Assembly: GCA_048939765.1 (NCBI GenBank)
Contig: JBHLPF010000013.1
Span: 39,207 to 78,074 of the forward strand
Length of the DNA stretch: 38,868 nt
Source: Promethearchaeota archaeon
Lineage (GTDB): Archaea > Asgardarchaeota > Thorarchaeia > Thorarchaeales > Thorarchaeaceae
Direction: 5' to 3'
The notes below the pieces were generated by a model. The model saw only the letters and a list, made by a program, of their open reading frames with translations. It did not search any database and was not told the DNA's origin. The position numbers and the translations under genes are program-made. Positions 27,100 to 38,359 of this stretch are shown here, piece by piece; the stretch's first letter is position 1, and the number at the start of each line of letters is the position of its first letter.

Positions 27100-28044
27100 T
27101 TAGAGTGGGCCTCTCCGAACATCACGTATATACTTGTATGCAGAGTCGGCAGCTATTGCTCCTTGGCCTGCTGCGACGACAATTTGCTTCAGAGATTCCA
27201 CAACATCTCCAGCTGCAAACACTCCTGGAACATTCGTTTTCTGCTGGCCATCTGTGAATATCTCACCACTATTATTCATCTTGACCCCAAGCGGCTTGGC
27301 AAGCTTGCTCTCCGGATCGGACCCCAATGCCACAAAAGTCCCATCAACCTCGAGTGTTCGTTTCTCTCCACTCTTGACATTCTCCAGTTCTAACTCTCTC
27401 AGTAATTGATCATCTCCTCGGAACTCCTTGACCACGGTGTCCCAAAGAATCTCTACGTGAGTATCGAACAACATCTGTTGTATTATGTGTTCAGCTCTTA
27501 GGCGATCACGACGATGAATGAGATAGAGCGTGTCTGTGAGTTCAGACAGATACAATGCTTCAGTGACCGCAGTATTGCCTCCCCCCACAACTGCGAGTGT
27601 TTTGTTACGAAATAGCGGTCCATCGCATGTGGCACAATATGAAACACCGCGGCCGGTATACTTCTCTTCCCCGGGCATGTTCAGTTTCTTATGCCCTCCG
27701 CCCGTCGCTAGAACAACAGCCTGAGCTTCGTATACGCCGCGTCTAGTATCGAGATGAAATGTTCCTCCGTCAGCGATATCGATGCTTTTGACCTCGGTAA
27801 TCTCCTTGATTGTTGCTCCGCTCTTTCTGACCTGTTCCTTCATCTTCTCAGCAAGTTCTATCCCAGAGATGAAGGTGTATCCTGGATAATTCTCGATACC
27901 TGGAGATGTTGCTTGCGCCCCACCGAGGACCTTTGACTCAATCAGAATTGTCTTCAGTCCATAGCGTGAGGCATAGATGGCCGCCGTCATGCCAGCGGGC
28001 CCGCCACCTACCACAACTAGTTCCCAAGTAAGGTCTTCGGTCAT
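27100..28044 (-). CDS. trxB: Thioredoxin-disulfide reductase
   Basis: GGGPAG, IENYPG, GRGVSYCATCDG, GGGNTA, HRRDRLRA, FAAGDV. Confidence 0.95.
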   Translation of the reverse strand: MTEDLTWELVVVGGGPAGMTAAIYASRYGLKTILIESKVLGGAQATSPGIENYPGYTFISGIELAEKMKEQVRKSGATIKEITEVKSIDIADGGTFHLDTRRGVYEAQAVVLATGGGHKKLNMPGEEKYTGRGVSYCATCDGPLFRNKTLAVVGGGNTAVTEALYLSELTDTLYLIHRRDRLRAEHIIQQMLFDTHVEILWDTVVKEFRGDDQLLRELELENVKSGEKRTLEVDGTFVALGSDPESKLAKPLGVKMNNSGEIFTDGQQKTNVPGVFAAGDVVESLKQIVVAAGQGAIAADSAYKYIRDVRRGPL

Positions 28045-28099
28045 ATTGGTCCTCCAAGAAATGGAGATTTGCGCAGCTCAATCATCACTACTCCTCTAA

Positions 28100-28969
28100 T
28101 TAAGACTTCTTTGATGGTCCTCCTGTGGGAATGCTATCAAGCATCTTGGTGGATTGTAGACCAATTGGTGACCATTTATCACGTCCAATAGGTTTCAACA
28201 GATCGTTGATTCTGCCAAAAGTCACTTCTCTTATTGGCATGCTTGGACGTTTCTGCAGGAAAGCTGCTTTTCTGAATCGCTCAGGGTCATAGCTAAAAGC
28301 CTGCCCCGGTCCAACGACAAGGACAAGTTCTACTCTATCAAGGCCCTCCCAAATCCAAGCTGTATCATTGAATGACTCAATCACGACAAGATCTGATCCC
28401 TCCTCAACATGAGCAAGAGAGGATGTCAGGGCTTCCTCCAGATGTGTATTCTCATATTGCTGGATTTCTTCAAGCGAGTTGACAGCTCGTCTTTCAACGC
28501 CGTCAGTAAGCTTCTGCAACTCCTCATATGAAAGGAGCAAATCGCCCTGCCTAACGAGATTCTCTGCCGCAAGGACCAATGAGTGCATGCCTCTATCATC
28601 GTGCCAACTGAAACGCTGCAGAGCTATGACTGAGTCCGGTCCAGCTAGACCAAGCGTGGTTGGCACATTCAGCAATGGCTTCTCAGGTGAAGTCGGAACA
28701 TAGAGCCTATGGATCGGATTGAGCGTGTATTCGTCCTTCTGGGATTTCACCTTGCTCTTGATTGAAGCAAGATCCGCGGAGAAGATTCGCCTTTGATTCA
28801 GCAGTTGCTGAGTATGTTCGAATCTCTGCCAATAGTTATGCGCACTGATTGGCTTGAAGTACTCTATCGAACTGACATGCTGATATAATCTGTCAATCAA
28901 TAGTCCTGCGAATGTGGTCTTTCCTGAGTCGAAAGAACTCATGCCCACTAGCAGGACTCTCGTTGTCAT
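28100..28969 (-). CDS. Archaeal BioD/CobQ-like P-loop NTPase of unknown function
   Basis: LLVGMSSFDSGKTT, FKPISAHN, NPIHRL, VVIESFND. Confidence 0.7.
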   Translation of the reverse strand: MTTRVLLVGMSSFDSGKTTFAGLLIDRLYQHVSSIEYFKPISAHNYWQRFEHTQQLLNQRRIFSADLASIKSKVKSQKDEYTLNPIHRLYVPTSPEKPLLNVPTTLGLAGPDSVIALQRFSWHDDRGMHSLVLAAENLVRQGDLLLSYEELQKLTDGVERRAVNSLEEIQQYENTHLEEALTSSLAHVEEGSDLVVIESFNDTAWIWEGLDRVELVLVVGPGQAFSYDPERFRKAAFLQKRPSMPIREVTFGRINDLLKPIGRDKWSPIGLQSTKMLDSIPTGGPSKKS

Positions 28970-28983
28970 CGGAGTGTTGCTCC

Positions 28984-29016
28984 AGAAAAAGAATAGAGAA
29001 GGAGCCCGTAGGCTCC
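28984..29016 (-). terminator. Intrinsic terminator-like hairpin after the thermosome gene
   Basis: Minus strand GGAGCC-TACG-GGCTCC (29016-29001) followed by TTCTCTATTCTTTTT, about 20 nt after the stop codon. Confidence 0.7.
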
Positions 29017-29035
29017 CTGTTTTTCCTTTGATGTT

Positions 29036-30697
29036 CTACATCATGCCGGGCATTCCGCCCATTCCACCCATACCACCCATACCTGGTGGTGGGCCCTCGG
29101 CACCTGGTGGTGGACCTGCCTTGGCAGCTATCACATCATCAATCCTTAGGATCATCTGTGCAGCTTCAGCAGCAGAACGGATCGCCTGACTCTTGACACG
29201 GGATGGCTCAATGACTCCAGCCTTCATCATATCAGTGGACTTGCCCTTGAATACGTCAACGCCATGCCAGAGTCCAGTTTCCTTGGAGTGCGCCTTCTTC
29301 AGGTCGGCGATGATGTCAATTGGGTCATGTCCGCCATTCTCAGCGAGCGTCTTTGGTACGACTCTCAGAGATTCGGCGAAGGCCTCGATTGCCAGTTGTT
29401 CGCGTCCTTTGACCTTGTCTGCATAGTCCTCCAAGCGCCTTGAGATCTCGGCCTCGGTTGACCCGCCGCCTGCAACATAGGTGCCATCTTCAACGACGTT
29501 TCGAACTACGCAAAGGGCATCATGCAGTGCTCTGTCTGCCTCATCCACAACATGCTCCGTGCCGCCTCTGATTACAACTGATACAGCCTTGGGATCTTTG
29601 CACTCTCTGACATAGACTAGCTTGTCTTCTGCAATCTTTATTTCCTCAACAAGACCTGCATCTCCCAGGGATTCTGCAGATATCTCATCCAGACTTGTGG
29701 CAATCTGTCCGCCTGTAGCTTTCGCAAGCTTCTCGAGCGTACTCTTCTTGGCTCTCCGGATTGACATTATCCCTGCCTTTGCAAGATAATGCTGTGCCAC
29801 ATCATCGATGCCCTTCTGGCAAACGAGAACAGTTGCACCTGAATTGATGATTTTGTCGACCATGGTCTTCAGCATCCTCTCTTCTTCGTCTAGGAATGCC
29901 TTAATCTGGTCGGGACTGTCAATCTTGATCTCTGCATCAAACTCAGTCTTCTCAACCTCGATTGCAGCGTTAACCAATGCAATCTTGGCTTTCTCGACTT
30001 TTCTTGGCATTGCTGCGTGAACAACTTCCTTGTCAATGACCATGCCATTTACAAGTTCGGTCTCTGTGAGGCTTTTGCCCTGCTTCTTGATTATCTCAAT
30101 CATGTCAACGTCGGCTGTGACCTTACCATTGCTTTCCTCAGCAATCTGTAGAACTGCATCCACTGCAATCTTGGCAAAGTGTTCCTTGGAGCCAACGATG
30201 GATTTGCTGTTCATCGAGGTTTCGGCGATTCCCGTAAGTATCTTCTTGTCTCTCCCTGTCATCGTGACTGAGATCTCTTTCAGAATCTTCGTTGCTTCTT
30301 CCGCAGCCTTCTGATAGCCGCCGACAACGATGGTTGGATGAATCTTCTTTTCTAGCAATTCCTGAGCTCGCTTTAGCAGTTCTCCGGCTATCACAACAGA
30401 AGTGGTTGTTCCATCGCCGGTTTCCTGGTCTTGGCTCTTAGCAACCTCAACAAGCATCTTTGCAGCAGGATGTTGTACGTCAATCTCCTTCAGGATTGAT
30501 GCACCGTCGTTTGTGATTGTAACATCACCCAAAGAATCAACGAGCATCTTATCCATTCCACGAGGTCCGAGAGTGGACTTCACAGCATCAGAGATGACGA
30601 TGCCTGCCATGATGTTGTTGGCCTGTGCTGACTTTCCTCTGGTACGAGATGTACCTTCCTTGAGGATAAGCACTGGTGTTCCAGACATCTGTGCCAT
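29036..30697 (-). CDS. ths: Thermosome subunit (group II chaperonin)
   Basis: [35 protein letters not shown], and a GGM-repeat C-terminus. Confidence 0.97.
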   Translation of the reverse strand: MAQMSGTPVLILKEGTSRTRGKSAQANNIMAGIVISDAVKSTLGPRGMDKMLVDSLGDVTITNDGASILKEIDVQHPAAKMLVEVAKSQDQETGDGTTTSVVIAGELLKRAQELLEKKIHPTIVVGGYQKAAEEATKILKEISVTMTGRDKKILTGIAETSMNSKSIVGSKEHFAKIAVDAVLQIAEESNGKVTADVDMIEIIKKQGKSLTETELVNGMVIDKEVVHAAMPRKVEKAKIALVNAAIEVEKTEFDAEIKIDSPDQIKAFLDEEERMLKTMVDKIINSGATVLVCQKGIDDVAQHYLAKAGIMSIRRAKKSTLEKLAKATGGQIATSLDEISAESLGDAGLVEEIKIAEDKLVYVRECKDPKAVSVVIRGGTEHVVDEADRALHDALCVVRNVVEDGTYVAGGGSTEAEISRRLEDYADKVKGREQLAIEAFAESLRVVPKTLAENGGHDPIDIIADLKKAHSKETGLWHGVDVFKGKSTDMMKAGVIEPSRVKSQAIRSAAEAAQMILRIDDVIAAKAGPPPGAEGPPPGMGGMGGMGGMPGMM

Positions 30698-30730
30698 TTT
30701 ACTTTCCTCTAATGGTTGTTTGAATTATAA

Positions 30731-30757
30731 AAGTGTACATACACTTCGTATGCACTT
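30731..30757. promoter_or_regulatory. Palindromic candidate operator in the thermosome promoter
   Basis: Perfect inverted repeat AAGTGTA-CA-TACACTT (30731-30746) plus a further half-site GTATGCACTT, flanked by minus-strand TATA-like TTTTATAA, TTTTAATA and TTTTTATA. Confidence 0.45.
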
Positions 30758-30979
30758 CTATTAAAACTGCCCATGGACTTTGTATAAAAACTTTCCCAAA
30801 TGTGAGTGTGATATACAGAGCAGCCAAATCTCAAAAGGGACTCTCTTTTTGAGGCCTGAATCTTGACGCTGATGGACCCCCAGCTTCCTAGAATCTTTTT
30901 CCTCTGAGGTAAAGATGATAAGTGGGAACCAATACTCCCAGCCAACTCAGATGCCAATGCGATTTGAGGAGGCAAGTGA

Positions 30980-32698
30980 TTGGACATCACAATCAACATA
31001 GGCGGCGAAGCTGGTCAGGGAATAGACACGATCGGTGACCTGTTGACACAGGTCTTCGTACAGTCCGGCTTCTACACCTTCACTATCAAGGACTTTGAGT
31101 CCAGAATTCGAGGAGGGTATAATTTCAGTCAGATCAGAGTTGCTGACAGTCCTATACATGCTCCAGTGGATAGCATAGATCTTATAGTTGCACTCTCTCA
31201 CGATGCCATCGTTAGGAAACGCAACCAGCTTGTGGATGGAGGAGTCATTATATTCAATGACAGCATTGAATATGATGAAATCGATGCGTGTCACTATCCA
31301 GCCCCATTGGAGAAGATCGCGAAGGAGGTCGGTGGCAGCATCAGGATGATGAATGCAGCTGCATTAGGGGCAGTACTAGCCATCATCAAGTATCCATTCA
31401 AGCTAGCGGAAGAAGCTCTTAGTGGCATATTTCTGAGAAAGGGTCGCAAGACAGTTGATGCTAATGCAGAGGTAGCTAAGGCGCTCTACGACTTGACTAT
31501 GGACAAATGGACAGGATCTTGTGCTCATGATTTGAGTGACGTCAAAACTGGCCCATCCAAGGATCGACTCATTCTGACGGGAAATCGTGCTATCGCACTA
31601 GGAGCTATGGCTGCAAATCTCAAGTGGATTTCCTCATATCCAATGAGCCCTTCCACAGCCTGCTTTCAAGATGTAGTTAGCAATGCCCAACGTCTGAAGA
31701 TTGGGACATTACAGACTGAGGATGAGATTGCTTCGATAACCATGGCGATAGGTGCTTCCTTTGCTGGAGCGCGTAGCATGGTAACTACTTCGGGCGGTGG
31801 TTTCTCACTTATGGTCGAAGGCCTCGGCTTGGCTGCGATGACTGAAACACCTGTTGTTATCTATAACGCCGAGCGTCCCGGCCCAAGTACCGGATTGCCA
31901 ACACGAACTGAGCAGGGCGATTTATTATTCATGCTGACCGCCAGTCAGGGTGAATTTCCAAGAATAATGCTTGCACCAAAGGATCCAATCGAAGGCTTTG
32001 AGGTAGCCACTAGGGCATTCAATCTCGCGGATAAGTTCCAGGTCCCTGTCATGATTCTAGGTGACCAATACTTCGCTGACTCTGTAATGAATGTGCCAAG
32101 AATTGACGCGACGAAAGTGGAGATTGACAGGGGAAAGAGAGCACCTGAGAACATGTCGGAGCAGTATGAGCGATTCAAGCTGACAGGCGACGGGATTTCC
32201 CCAATTGCATTTCCGGGGGACAAGGGCAAATTCGTTGTTGCCTCTGGCAATGTGCATCTCGAGAATGGTCATATTACAGAAGATCCCGCCGTGCGGAATT
32301 TGATGGTTGAGAAGTTCATGAAGAAGGTCCCTGGCATTCTGAAGTCCCTCAATCCTCCCGAGATCTTTGGTGGCAGAGGCGCAGAAAATACTCTATTGAC
32401 TTGGGGGTCTACCTGGGGAGCTGCCTACGAGGCTGTGAAGGTACTCTCAGACAAGGGAGTGTCGATTAATCAGCTGCATTTCTGTGATGTGTTTCCACTG
32501 AAGACTCATATCTTGACAGAGGTCTTCAACGAGTCTAAGAGAGTAATAGCGGTTGAACAAAATGCGACCTCTCAATTCGCTAGACTTGTGCGAATGGAAA
32601 CCGGGCTCACAGTTGACCAGCATATCAACAAGTATGATGGGAGGCCTATGACCTCACGATTCATTACGGATCGTCTTAGGGAGGGTGGTATATCATGA
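30980..32698 (+). CDS. korA: 2-oxoacid:ferredoxin oxidoreductase alpha subunit (gamma-alpha fusion)
   Basis: GGEAGQG and SRIRGG (gamma domain); GNRAIALGA, YPMSP, EDEIAS, TSGGGFSLMVE, RPGPSTGLPT, VEQNATSQ. Confidence 0.93.
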   Translation: MDITINIGGEAGQGIDTIGDLLTQVFVQSGFYTFTIKDFESRIRGGYNFSQIRVADSPIHAPVDSIDLIVALSHDAIVRKRNQLVDGGVIIFNDSIEYDEIDACHYPAPLEKIAKEVGGSIRMMNAAALGAVLAIIKYPFKLAEEALSGIFLRKGRKTVDANAEVAKALYDLTMDKWTGSCAHDLSDVKTGPSKDRLILTGNRAIALGAMAANLKWISSYPMSPSTACFQDVVSNAQRLKIGTLQTEDEIASITMAIGASFAGARSMVTTSGGGFSLMVEGLGLAAMTETPVVIYNAERPGPSTGLPTRTEQGDLLFMLTASQGEFPRIMLAPKDPIEGFEVATRAFNLADKFQVPVMILGDQYFADSVMNVPRIDATKVEIDRGKRAPENMSEQYERFKLTGDGISPIAFPGDKGKFVVASGNVHLENGHITEDPAVRNLMVEKFMKKVPGILKSLNPPEIFGGRGAENTLLTWGSTWGAAYEAVKVLSDKGVSINQLHFCDVFPLKTHILTEVFNESKRVIAVEQNATSQFARLVRMETGLTVDQHINKYDGRPMTSRFITDRLREGGIS

Positions 32699-33561
32699 TA
32701 ACAAATGAACAGCTGGAAGGTCCACAGAAAGTCACATGGTGCACCGGGTGTGGGAACTTCGGGATTCTAGCTGCCTTGAAGAAAGCCGTAGGTGAATTGG
32801 GAGTCTCTCAGAATGAGTTTGTGATTGTTTCTGGAATTGGTTGTGGTAGTAAGATACCGCACTACATCAATCTGAATGCAATCCATACACTGCACGGCAG
32901 AGCGATGGCTGTTGCACAAGGTGTCCATCTTGCGAATCTTGACCTGAAGGTCCTTGTCCACGTCGGAGATGGAGATACACTAGGAGAGGGATTGGGTCAT
33001 CTCCTGCATGCAGCTAGGCGAAATGTGAACATCTCAGTCTTTCTTCACAACAATGGCGTGATGGGACTCACTAAGGGTCAATTCTCACCTTCTGCTCCAA
33101 GAGGATATGTGTCGAAGACCTCGCCACCTGAGGCCGGAGCTCCTATGAATCCTGTAAACATAATAGCCTACGCTTTGACGGCCGGTGCAACTTTTGTCGC
33201 CCGGGGCTTCTCGGGCGATCAGAAAGGTCTTGTCGCATTAATGAGAAGGGCGATGAAACACAAGGGATTTGCCCTCGTGGACATTTTGCAGCCGTGTCAG
33301 ACATGGAATCGAGTCTTAAACTGGAAATTCTATAATGAGCATACGTACTCTCTTCAGGACAATGGACATGATATCACTGACAAGATAGCAGCTCTCGAGA
33401 AGGCCTTTTCCAATGGTGAGAAGATTCCTATCGGGGTGTTCTTTGAAGAGAATGCGCCTACATTAGCCGATGGTCTTGCACTTCCTGCAGATGGACGCCT
33501 CCGCGACCATAAGACGGATATCAAAGAGGTTCAGGCTATCATCGATGAGCTAGTCCTATAG
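32695..33561 (+). CDS. korB: 2-oxoacid:ferredoxin oxidoreductase beta subunit
   Basis: WCTGCGNFGIL, SGIGC, LHGRA, TPP motif GDGD...NN, GLTKGQFSP, QPC; ATGA overlap with korA. Confidence 0.93.
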   Translation: MITNEQLEGPQKVTWCTGCGNFGILAALKKAVGELGVSQNEFVIVSGIGCGSKIPHYINLNAIHTLHGRAMAVAQGVHLANLDLKVLVHVGDGDTLGEGLGHLLHAARRNVNISVFLHNNGVMGLTKGQFSPSAPRGYVSKTSPPEAGAPMNPVNIIAYALTAGATFVARGFSGDQKGLVALMRRAMKHKGFALVDILQPCQTWNRVLNWKFYNEHTYSLQDNGHDITDKIAALEKAFSNGEKIPIGVFFEENAPTLADGLALPADGRLRDHKTDIKEVQAIIDELVL

Positions 33562-33588
33562 ATTGGGACTTCCAAGAAGTGGTTTCCA

Positions 33589-34977
33589 ATGACAAAGAAT
33601 AGGATTGAGAAGGATGTTCTCGGAGAACTGAAAGTTCCTGCTGAGGCATATTGGGGAATTAACACTCAACGTGCCCTCACAAACTTCAAAATCAGTGGTC
33701 GCAGAATGCCTGAACAATTCATTCTCGCACTTGCCACGGTGAAGAAGGCATGCCTCCTAGTAAATATGGATCTTGGGACGATTTCGCTAGAGATTGGAAA
33801 AGCGATTCAGCAAGCTGTCGATGAAATCCTCAAAGACGGAAAGATGCTCGACCAATTTCCAATCGATGTCTTCCAGACAGGCTCAGGAACTCAGTCTAAT
33901 ATGAACATGAATGAGGTCCTGGCCAACAGAGCGAACGAGATTCTAGGAAAACCACGAGGAAAGAAGAAGCCTGTTCATCCAAACGATCATGTCAACCTGG
34001 GGCAATCCTCCAATGATGTCATACCTACTGCGATGCATGTAGCAGCACTTGACGCACTGACGAACGAGTTGATGCCAGAACTTGAGAAGTTGATTAATAC
34101 TCTAGATGAAAAGGTGAAAGAATTCGGTGAGATTGTAAAGGTCGGACGTACGCATCTGCAAGATGCAGTTCCCATTCCCCTGTCCATGGAGTTCGATGTC
34201 TACAGAACGCAGATGGTCAATAACATGGCCGATCTGCAGGCTGCACGTGATGAACTTGTTGTGGTGCCTATTGGAGGAACAGCGCTGGGGACCGGTCTCA
34301 ATGCTCCAGAAGGATTCGCAGAGAAAGTTGCTAAGTATTTGGCGAAATTCACCAGGCTTCCGATTCGCACAAACGCTGTAAAAGCTGAAGGCATAGCTTC
34401 ACACCGCGCAATGGTGCGCTTGAGCTCAAGCCTACGACTTCTTGCTCTCGCATGCATTAAGATGGCTAACGATATTCGCTGGATGGGCAGTGGACCACGT
34501 GCAGGGCTTGGCGAGCTCATACTTCCTCAGAACGAGCCTGGCTCCTCAATCATGCCCGGGAAGATCAACCCAACACAAGCAGAGGCATTGATTCAGGTAT
34601 GTGCACAAGTTATTGGTCATGATGCAGTGGTTTCATTTGCGGAGAGTCAAGGGAGCATTCTTGACTTAAACATGTCAAAGCCTGTCATCATTGTCAATAT
34701 TCTAAATGCGATTGGTATCCTTTCAAATGGAATCAAGTCCTTCAGGCTACATTGCTTGGCTGATCTCAAGGCGAATAAAGACAGAATTGAGCAGCAACTT
34801 AAGAGAAGCCTGATGATCGTGACAAGACTGTCACCTGTCATAGGCTATGACAAAGCTGGCGAGGTGGCAAAAAAAGCGTATGAAACTGGAAAGAGCATCC
34901 GAGAAACAGTCGAAGAAATGGGGATCGAGATTGAGGGAGACCTCGATGCTCTCCTTGATCCGAGGAAGATGGTGTGA
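33589..34977 (+). CDS. fumC: Fumarate hydratase class II
   Basis: [26 protein letters not shown], signature [15 protein letters not shown]. Confidence 0.93.
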   Translation: MTKNRIEKDVLGELKVPAEAYWGINTQRALTNFKISGRRMPEQFILALATVKKACLLVNMDLGTISLEIGKAIQQAVDEILKDGKMLDQFPIDVFQTGSGTQSNMNMNEVLANRANEILGKPRGKKKPVHPNDHVNLGQSSNDVIPTAMHVAALDALTNELMPELEKLINTLDEKVKEFGEIVKVGRTHLQDAVPIPLSMEFDVYRTQMVNNMADLQAARDELVVVPIGGTALGTGLNAPEGFAEKVAKYLAKFTRLPIRTNAVKAEGIASHRAMVRLSSSLRLLALACIKMANDIRWMGSGPRAGLGELILPQNEPGSSIMPGKINPTQAEALIQVCAQVIGHDAVVSFAESQGSILDLNMSKPVIIVNILNAIGILSNGIKSFRLHCLADLKANKDRIEQQLKRSLMIVTRLSPVIGYDKAGEVAKKAYETGKSIRETVEEMGIEIEGDLDALLDPRKMV

Positions 34978-36674
34978 ATAAGGAGGTTGTGAAGACGAAT
35001 CATAATCATGATGTCTTAGTCATTGGTGCAGGTCTCTCCGGTCTGCGTGTCGCCATCGAGCTGACTGGGCAATGTGACGTGGCAGTCCTGACGAAGGTGT
35101 ATCCATTGCGATCTCATTCTGTCGCCGCTCAGGGAGGCATAAATGCTTCACTCAGTCCAGAAGACTCTTGGGAATCCCATGCTTTTGATACAGTTAAGGG
35201 CTCAGACTATCTGGCCGACCAAGATGTAGTCGAGGTTATGGCCAAAGAAGCTCCACGAGCGGTAATTGAGAATGAGCAGTGGGGCACAGCCTTTTCCAGA
35301 ACTGAGGACGGACGCATCGCGCAGCGACCCTTCGGCGGGGCTGCCTATCCACGAACATGTTACGCCGCAGATAGAACGGGACACAATCTACTCCATACGA
35401 CTTTCGAACAAGCGCTCAGACTAGGGGTCAAGTTCTACCACGAATGGTTCGTCACATCCATTGTCAAATCGGAAGAACACGTCTGCGGTGTCACTGCTCT
35501 TGAGATAGCCACAGGTGAGATCCATGGATTCACAGGCAAAGCTGTTGTTCTCGCGACAGGGGGTTTTGGGCGTGTCTATGGGCATTCCACCAATGCACTC
35601 ATCAACACAGGTGATGGTGCTGCCATAGCTTTGCGGGCTGGTGTTCCGCTCAAGGATATGGAATTCGTTCAGTTTCATCCCACGACATTGGTACCATCAA
35701 GCATTCTCATCACGGAGGGTGCCCGGGGCGAAGGAGGGTATCTCCTCAACAAGGAAGGAAGAAGGTTCATGGATAGGTACGCTCCAAAAGACATGGAGCT
35801 GGCACCAAGAGATATTGTGGCTAGAGCTATTCAGACCGAGATTAACGAAGGCAGAGGATTTGATGATTACTATGTTCATCTTGATTTGAGGCATCTAGGC
35901 AAAGAGAAGATTATGGAGCGATTGCCCGGCATCCGGGAAATATCAATGTACTTCGCTGGGGTTGATCCTATTGACGAGCCAATTCCGGTTCGTCCTGGAC
36001 AACACTACTCAATGGGTGGCATCCACTGCAACAAGGATGGTGAAACACCTCTCAATGGGCTCTTCACAGTGGGCGAAACAGCTTGCATGAGCGTTCATGG
36101 TGCGAACAGACTCGGTGGTAACTCACTTCTGGAAACTCTCGTCTTTGGGCGACTGGTCGGACAGAAGATTGGAGAATATGTTTCCAATGCCAAGGAGGTC
36201 GATGAATGCACAGTGGACGATGCCGCATTTGCTATGAGAGAGAAGATTCAGTCCATGCTTCTGAGAGAGTCGGGAGAATCACATGCCGAGATCAAGGAAG
36301 AGATGGGTAAAATCATGGATAATGAAGTCGGAGTGTTCCGGGACCAAGAAACGTTGGAGTCTGCTTTGAAGGTGATTCGATTCCTGAAAGAGCGCTATGA
36401 GAACATTGCACTTCCGAAGTGCGATACTCAATTCAATTACTCGCTTGTTAGAGCATTAGAACTGGAGAACATGCTACAATTGGCTGAGGTCATAACAATG
36501 ACCGCTCTAATGAGACGGGAAAGCAGGGGTGCGCATTGGCGAATCGATTATGATGCCCGTGATGATGAAAACTTCCTGAAGCATTCTCTGGTGACAATGA
36601 TTGATGATTTTCTGAAGACAGAGTATATTGATGTCAACGTCGGAATGTTTGAAGTGAAGGAGAGGAAGTACTGA
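34974..36674 (+). CDS. sdhA: Succinate dehydrogenase/fumarate reductase flavoprotein
   Basis: GAGLSG, covalent-FAD motif [51 protein letters not shown]. Confidence 0.95.
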   Translation: MNKEVVKTNHNHDVLVIGAGLSGLRVAIELTGQCDVAVLTKVYPLRSHSVAAQGGINASLSPEDSWESHAFDTVKGSDYLADQDVVEVMAKEAPRAVIENEQWGTAFSRTEDGRIAQRPFGGAAYPRTCYAADRTGHNLLHTTFEQALRLGVKFYHEWFVTSIVKSEEHVCGVTALEIATGEIHGFTGKAVVLATGGFGRVYGHSTNALINTGDGAAIALRAGVPLKDMEFVQFHPTTLVPSSILITEGARGEGGYLLNKEGRRFMDRYAPKDMELAPRDIVARAIQTEINEGRGFDDYYVHLDLRHLGKEKIMERLPGIREISMYFAGVDPIDEPIPVRPGQHYSMGGIHCNKDGETPLNGLFTVGETACMSVHGANRLGGNSLLETLVFGRLVGQKIGEYVSNAKEVDECTVDDAAFAMREKIQSMLLRESGESHAEIKEEMGKIMDNEVGVFRDQETLESALKVIRFLKERYENIALPKCDTQFNYSLVRALELENMLQLAEVITMTALMRRESRGAHWRIDYDARDDENFLKHSLVTMIDDFLKTEYIDVNVGMFEVKERKY

Positions 36675-37405
36675 TGATGTTCAGAGTAGCACGCAGTCGA
36701 GAAGGCAAAGAGATCACTCACTATGACCTGTACAAAGTCGACCTTCGTAAGGGGATGACTGTATTGGATGTGCTCTTTCAGATTCAGGACTACATGGATG
36801 AATCGCTTGCCTTCAGATACTCATGCAGGGGTGCAGTATGTGGGAGTTGCGCAATGCTCGTCAACAAGATGCCAGTGCTTGCTTGCAGGAGCCAAGTCAG
36901 TTCGTTGCAGAAAGCCTCTTCAAATCTCAAACCATTTGCTGCACTGACTGACGCTCCCACCGGGTGGAATCCGGAATCTGAAGTCCTTGTAGAGCCCTTG
37001 CCAAATCTACCTATCCTAAAAGACTTAGTCGTTGACATGACACGATTCTATGATGCGTTGGAATCCTTGAAGCTCTGGGGTGAACCAGCAAAAGGCGATC
37101 AACCACGAGTTCAAAGTCCAGCAGAACGAAAGAAGATCGAGCGTTATGTGAACTGTATCATGTGCGCACTCTGTTTTGGTTCCTGTCCTATCAATGCAGA
37201 AAGAGGGGAATATCTTGGCCCAGCTGCATTGGCAAAATCATGGCGATTCTACGAAGACTCTCGAATGGATGATTCAAATAGATATCTTGAAGGGGCGAAA
37301 GCTGCCTCGGGCTCACCACTATGTGATTTAATCTATAATTGCGTAAAGGTGTGCCCTAAAGGAGTGGCTCCAGGTGGAGCAATTCGGAAGATAAAGGGAC
37401 TGTAG
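36674..37405 (+). CDS. sdhB: Succinate dehydrogenase/fumarate reductase iron-sulfur subunit
   Basis: SCRGAVCGSC...LAC, DLVVD, CIMCALCFGSCP, CDLIYNCVKVCP. Confidence 0.95.
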   Translation: MMFRVARSREGKEITHYDLYKVDLRKGMTVLDVLFQIQDYMDESLAFRYSCRGAVCGSCAMLVNKMPVLACRSQVSSLQKASSNLKPFAALTDAPTGWNPESEVLVEPLPNLPILKDLVVDMTRFYDALESLKLWGEPAKGDQPRVQSPAERKKIERYVNCIMCALCFGSCPINAERGEYLGPAALAKSWRFYEDSRMDDSNRYLEGAKAASGSPLCDLIYNCVKVCPKGVAPGGAIRKIKGL

Positions 37406-37415
37406 CTCAGGAGTG

Positions 37416-37640
37416 TTATGCCCCACCCTGTTGCCTCATCCGATTCAATGCCTCATTATAATCCTCGGATGCGCCGTCAAAGAATGCTAGGTCATAAGTT
37501 TTAGAGTAGTACAGCTTTCCTGATGGAGTGGCCTTGATTTTTGATCTCTCATCTCCCTTTGGCAAATAACCGAATATTCTCATAACAAAAAACAGAACTC
37601 CCACTGCAACGAGTGCAATTGTTAAGATTTCTGGAATCAA
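37416..37640 (-). CDS. Small single-pass membrane protein
   Basis: N-terminal hydrophobic helix ILTIALVAVGVLFFVMRIF; GGTGAAGGAG RBS before the TTG start. Confidence 0.65.
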   Translation of the reverse strand: MIPEILTIALVAVGVLFFVMRIFGYLPKGDERSKIKATPSGKLYYSKTYDLAFFDGASEDYNEALNRMRQQGGA

Positions 37641-37696
37641 TCTCCTTCACCAAACAAGTCTGATAATTGACTCATTGAATCATTTCGTGTGAATGC

Positions 37697-38182
37697 TTAT
37701 AGACTCTTTGAGCGCCGGGATTCTCTTGCCATTCTTAGAAGAATTGCTACTTGCCCTGCATGATGAGTCACATGGTATCCGGCAATAATTCGGAGAATCA
37801 TTTCTAGCGATCCCTGTTTCAAGAGTGATGGGGGTGGAAGGTTCATCTCCGCATCTAGGTTCTCATCTGTCAAATGCTCACATAGCTCTCTGAATGCCTG
37901 GTATACGGCACGTACGTGCACTCTCAGTCTACCCTCAACCGTATCTGCATCTTTCTCATCCTGTTGCGCCAATGTGATGCCTAGAGAATTCGCTATCTCA
38001 CTGCATACTAGCATCAAGACAATGGTGGCATGGTACACAACCTCTGATGCAGAGGGGCCTCCTTCTGCAGGAGTCCACTCCAGTTCTTCATCGTTGCCAC
38101 TGATTTGAGTGATGAGCCAGTTGCGCGCTCCTAAACCCAACCTCAACAAATCCCCTTGCTTGCCAGATAGCTCTGTTTTCAT
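37697..38182 (-). CDS. DinB/YfiT-family four-helix metalloprotein
   Basis: LEWTP...SASEVVYHA and YHVTHHAGQV His triad pattern. Confidence 0.8.
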   Translation of the reverse strand: MKTELSGKQGDLLRLGLGARNWLITQISGNDEELEWTPAEGGPSASEVVYHATIVLMLVCSEIANSLGITLAQQDEKDADTVEGRLRVHVRAVYQAFRELCEHLTDENLDAEMNLPPPSLLKQGSLEMILRIIAGYHVTHHAGQVAILLRMARESRRSKSL

Positions 38183-38359
38183 TATCTCACTGACCAGGTG
38201 TTCTTGAATGACATCCTTTGTAGAGAGCTGCCTACGATAAATCGTCAGGTGTGACTAATGAGGGAACATGAATGAGTTATTATATGCTTTCGACTTACCA
38301 CGAGAGCGCGTAGGGGATGGATTAGACATATCCATCATTCTGCTGAGGAGGTTGACATA

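Noticed and set aside
29036-29120. Short tandem repeats at the thermosome 3' end
   Set aside because: They encode the ordinary GPPP/GGM chaperonin tail; not a CRISPR or mobile repeat.
30709-31294. Minus-strand ORFs 30709-30999 and 30947-31294
   Set aside because: They overlap the promoter region and korA antisense, with no recognisable motifs.
445-37038. Numerous 60-165 aa ORFs overlapping the long genes (antisense or alternate frame)
   Set aside because: They lie within well-supported genes and lack motifs; treated as shadow ORFs.
37416-37640. Small membrane protein as the missing Sdh anchor
   Set aside because: Opposite strand, a single TM helix and no heme-ligand His.
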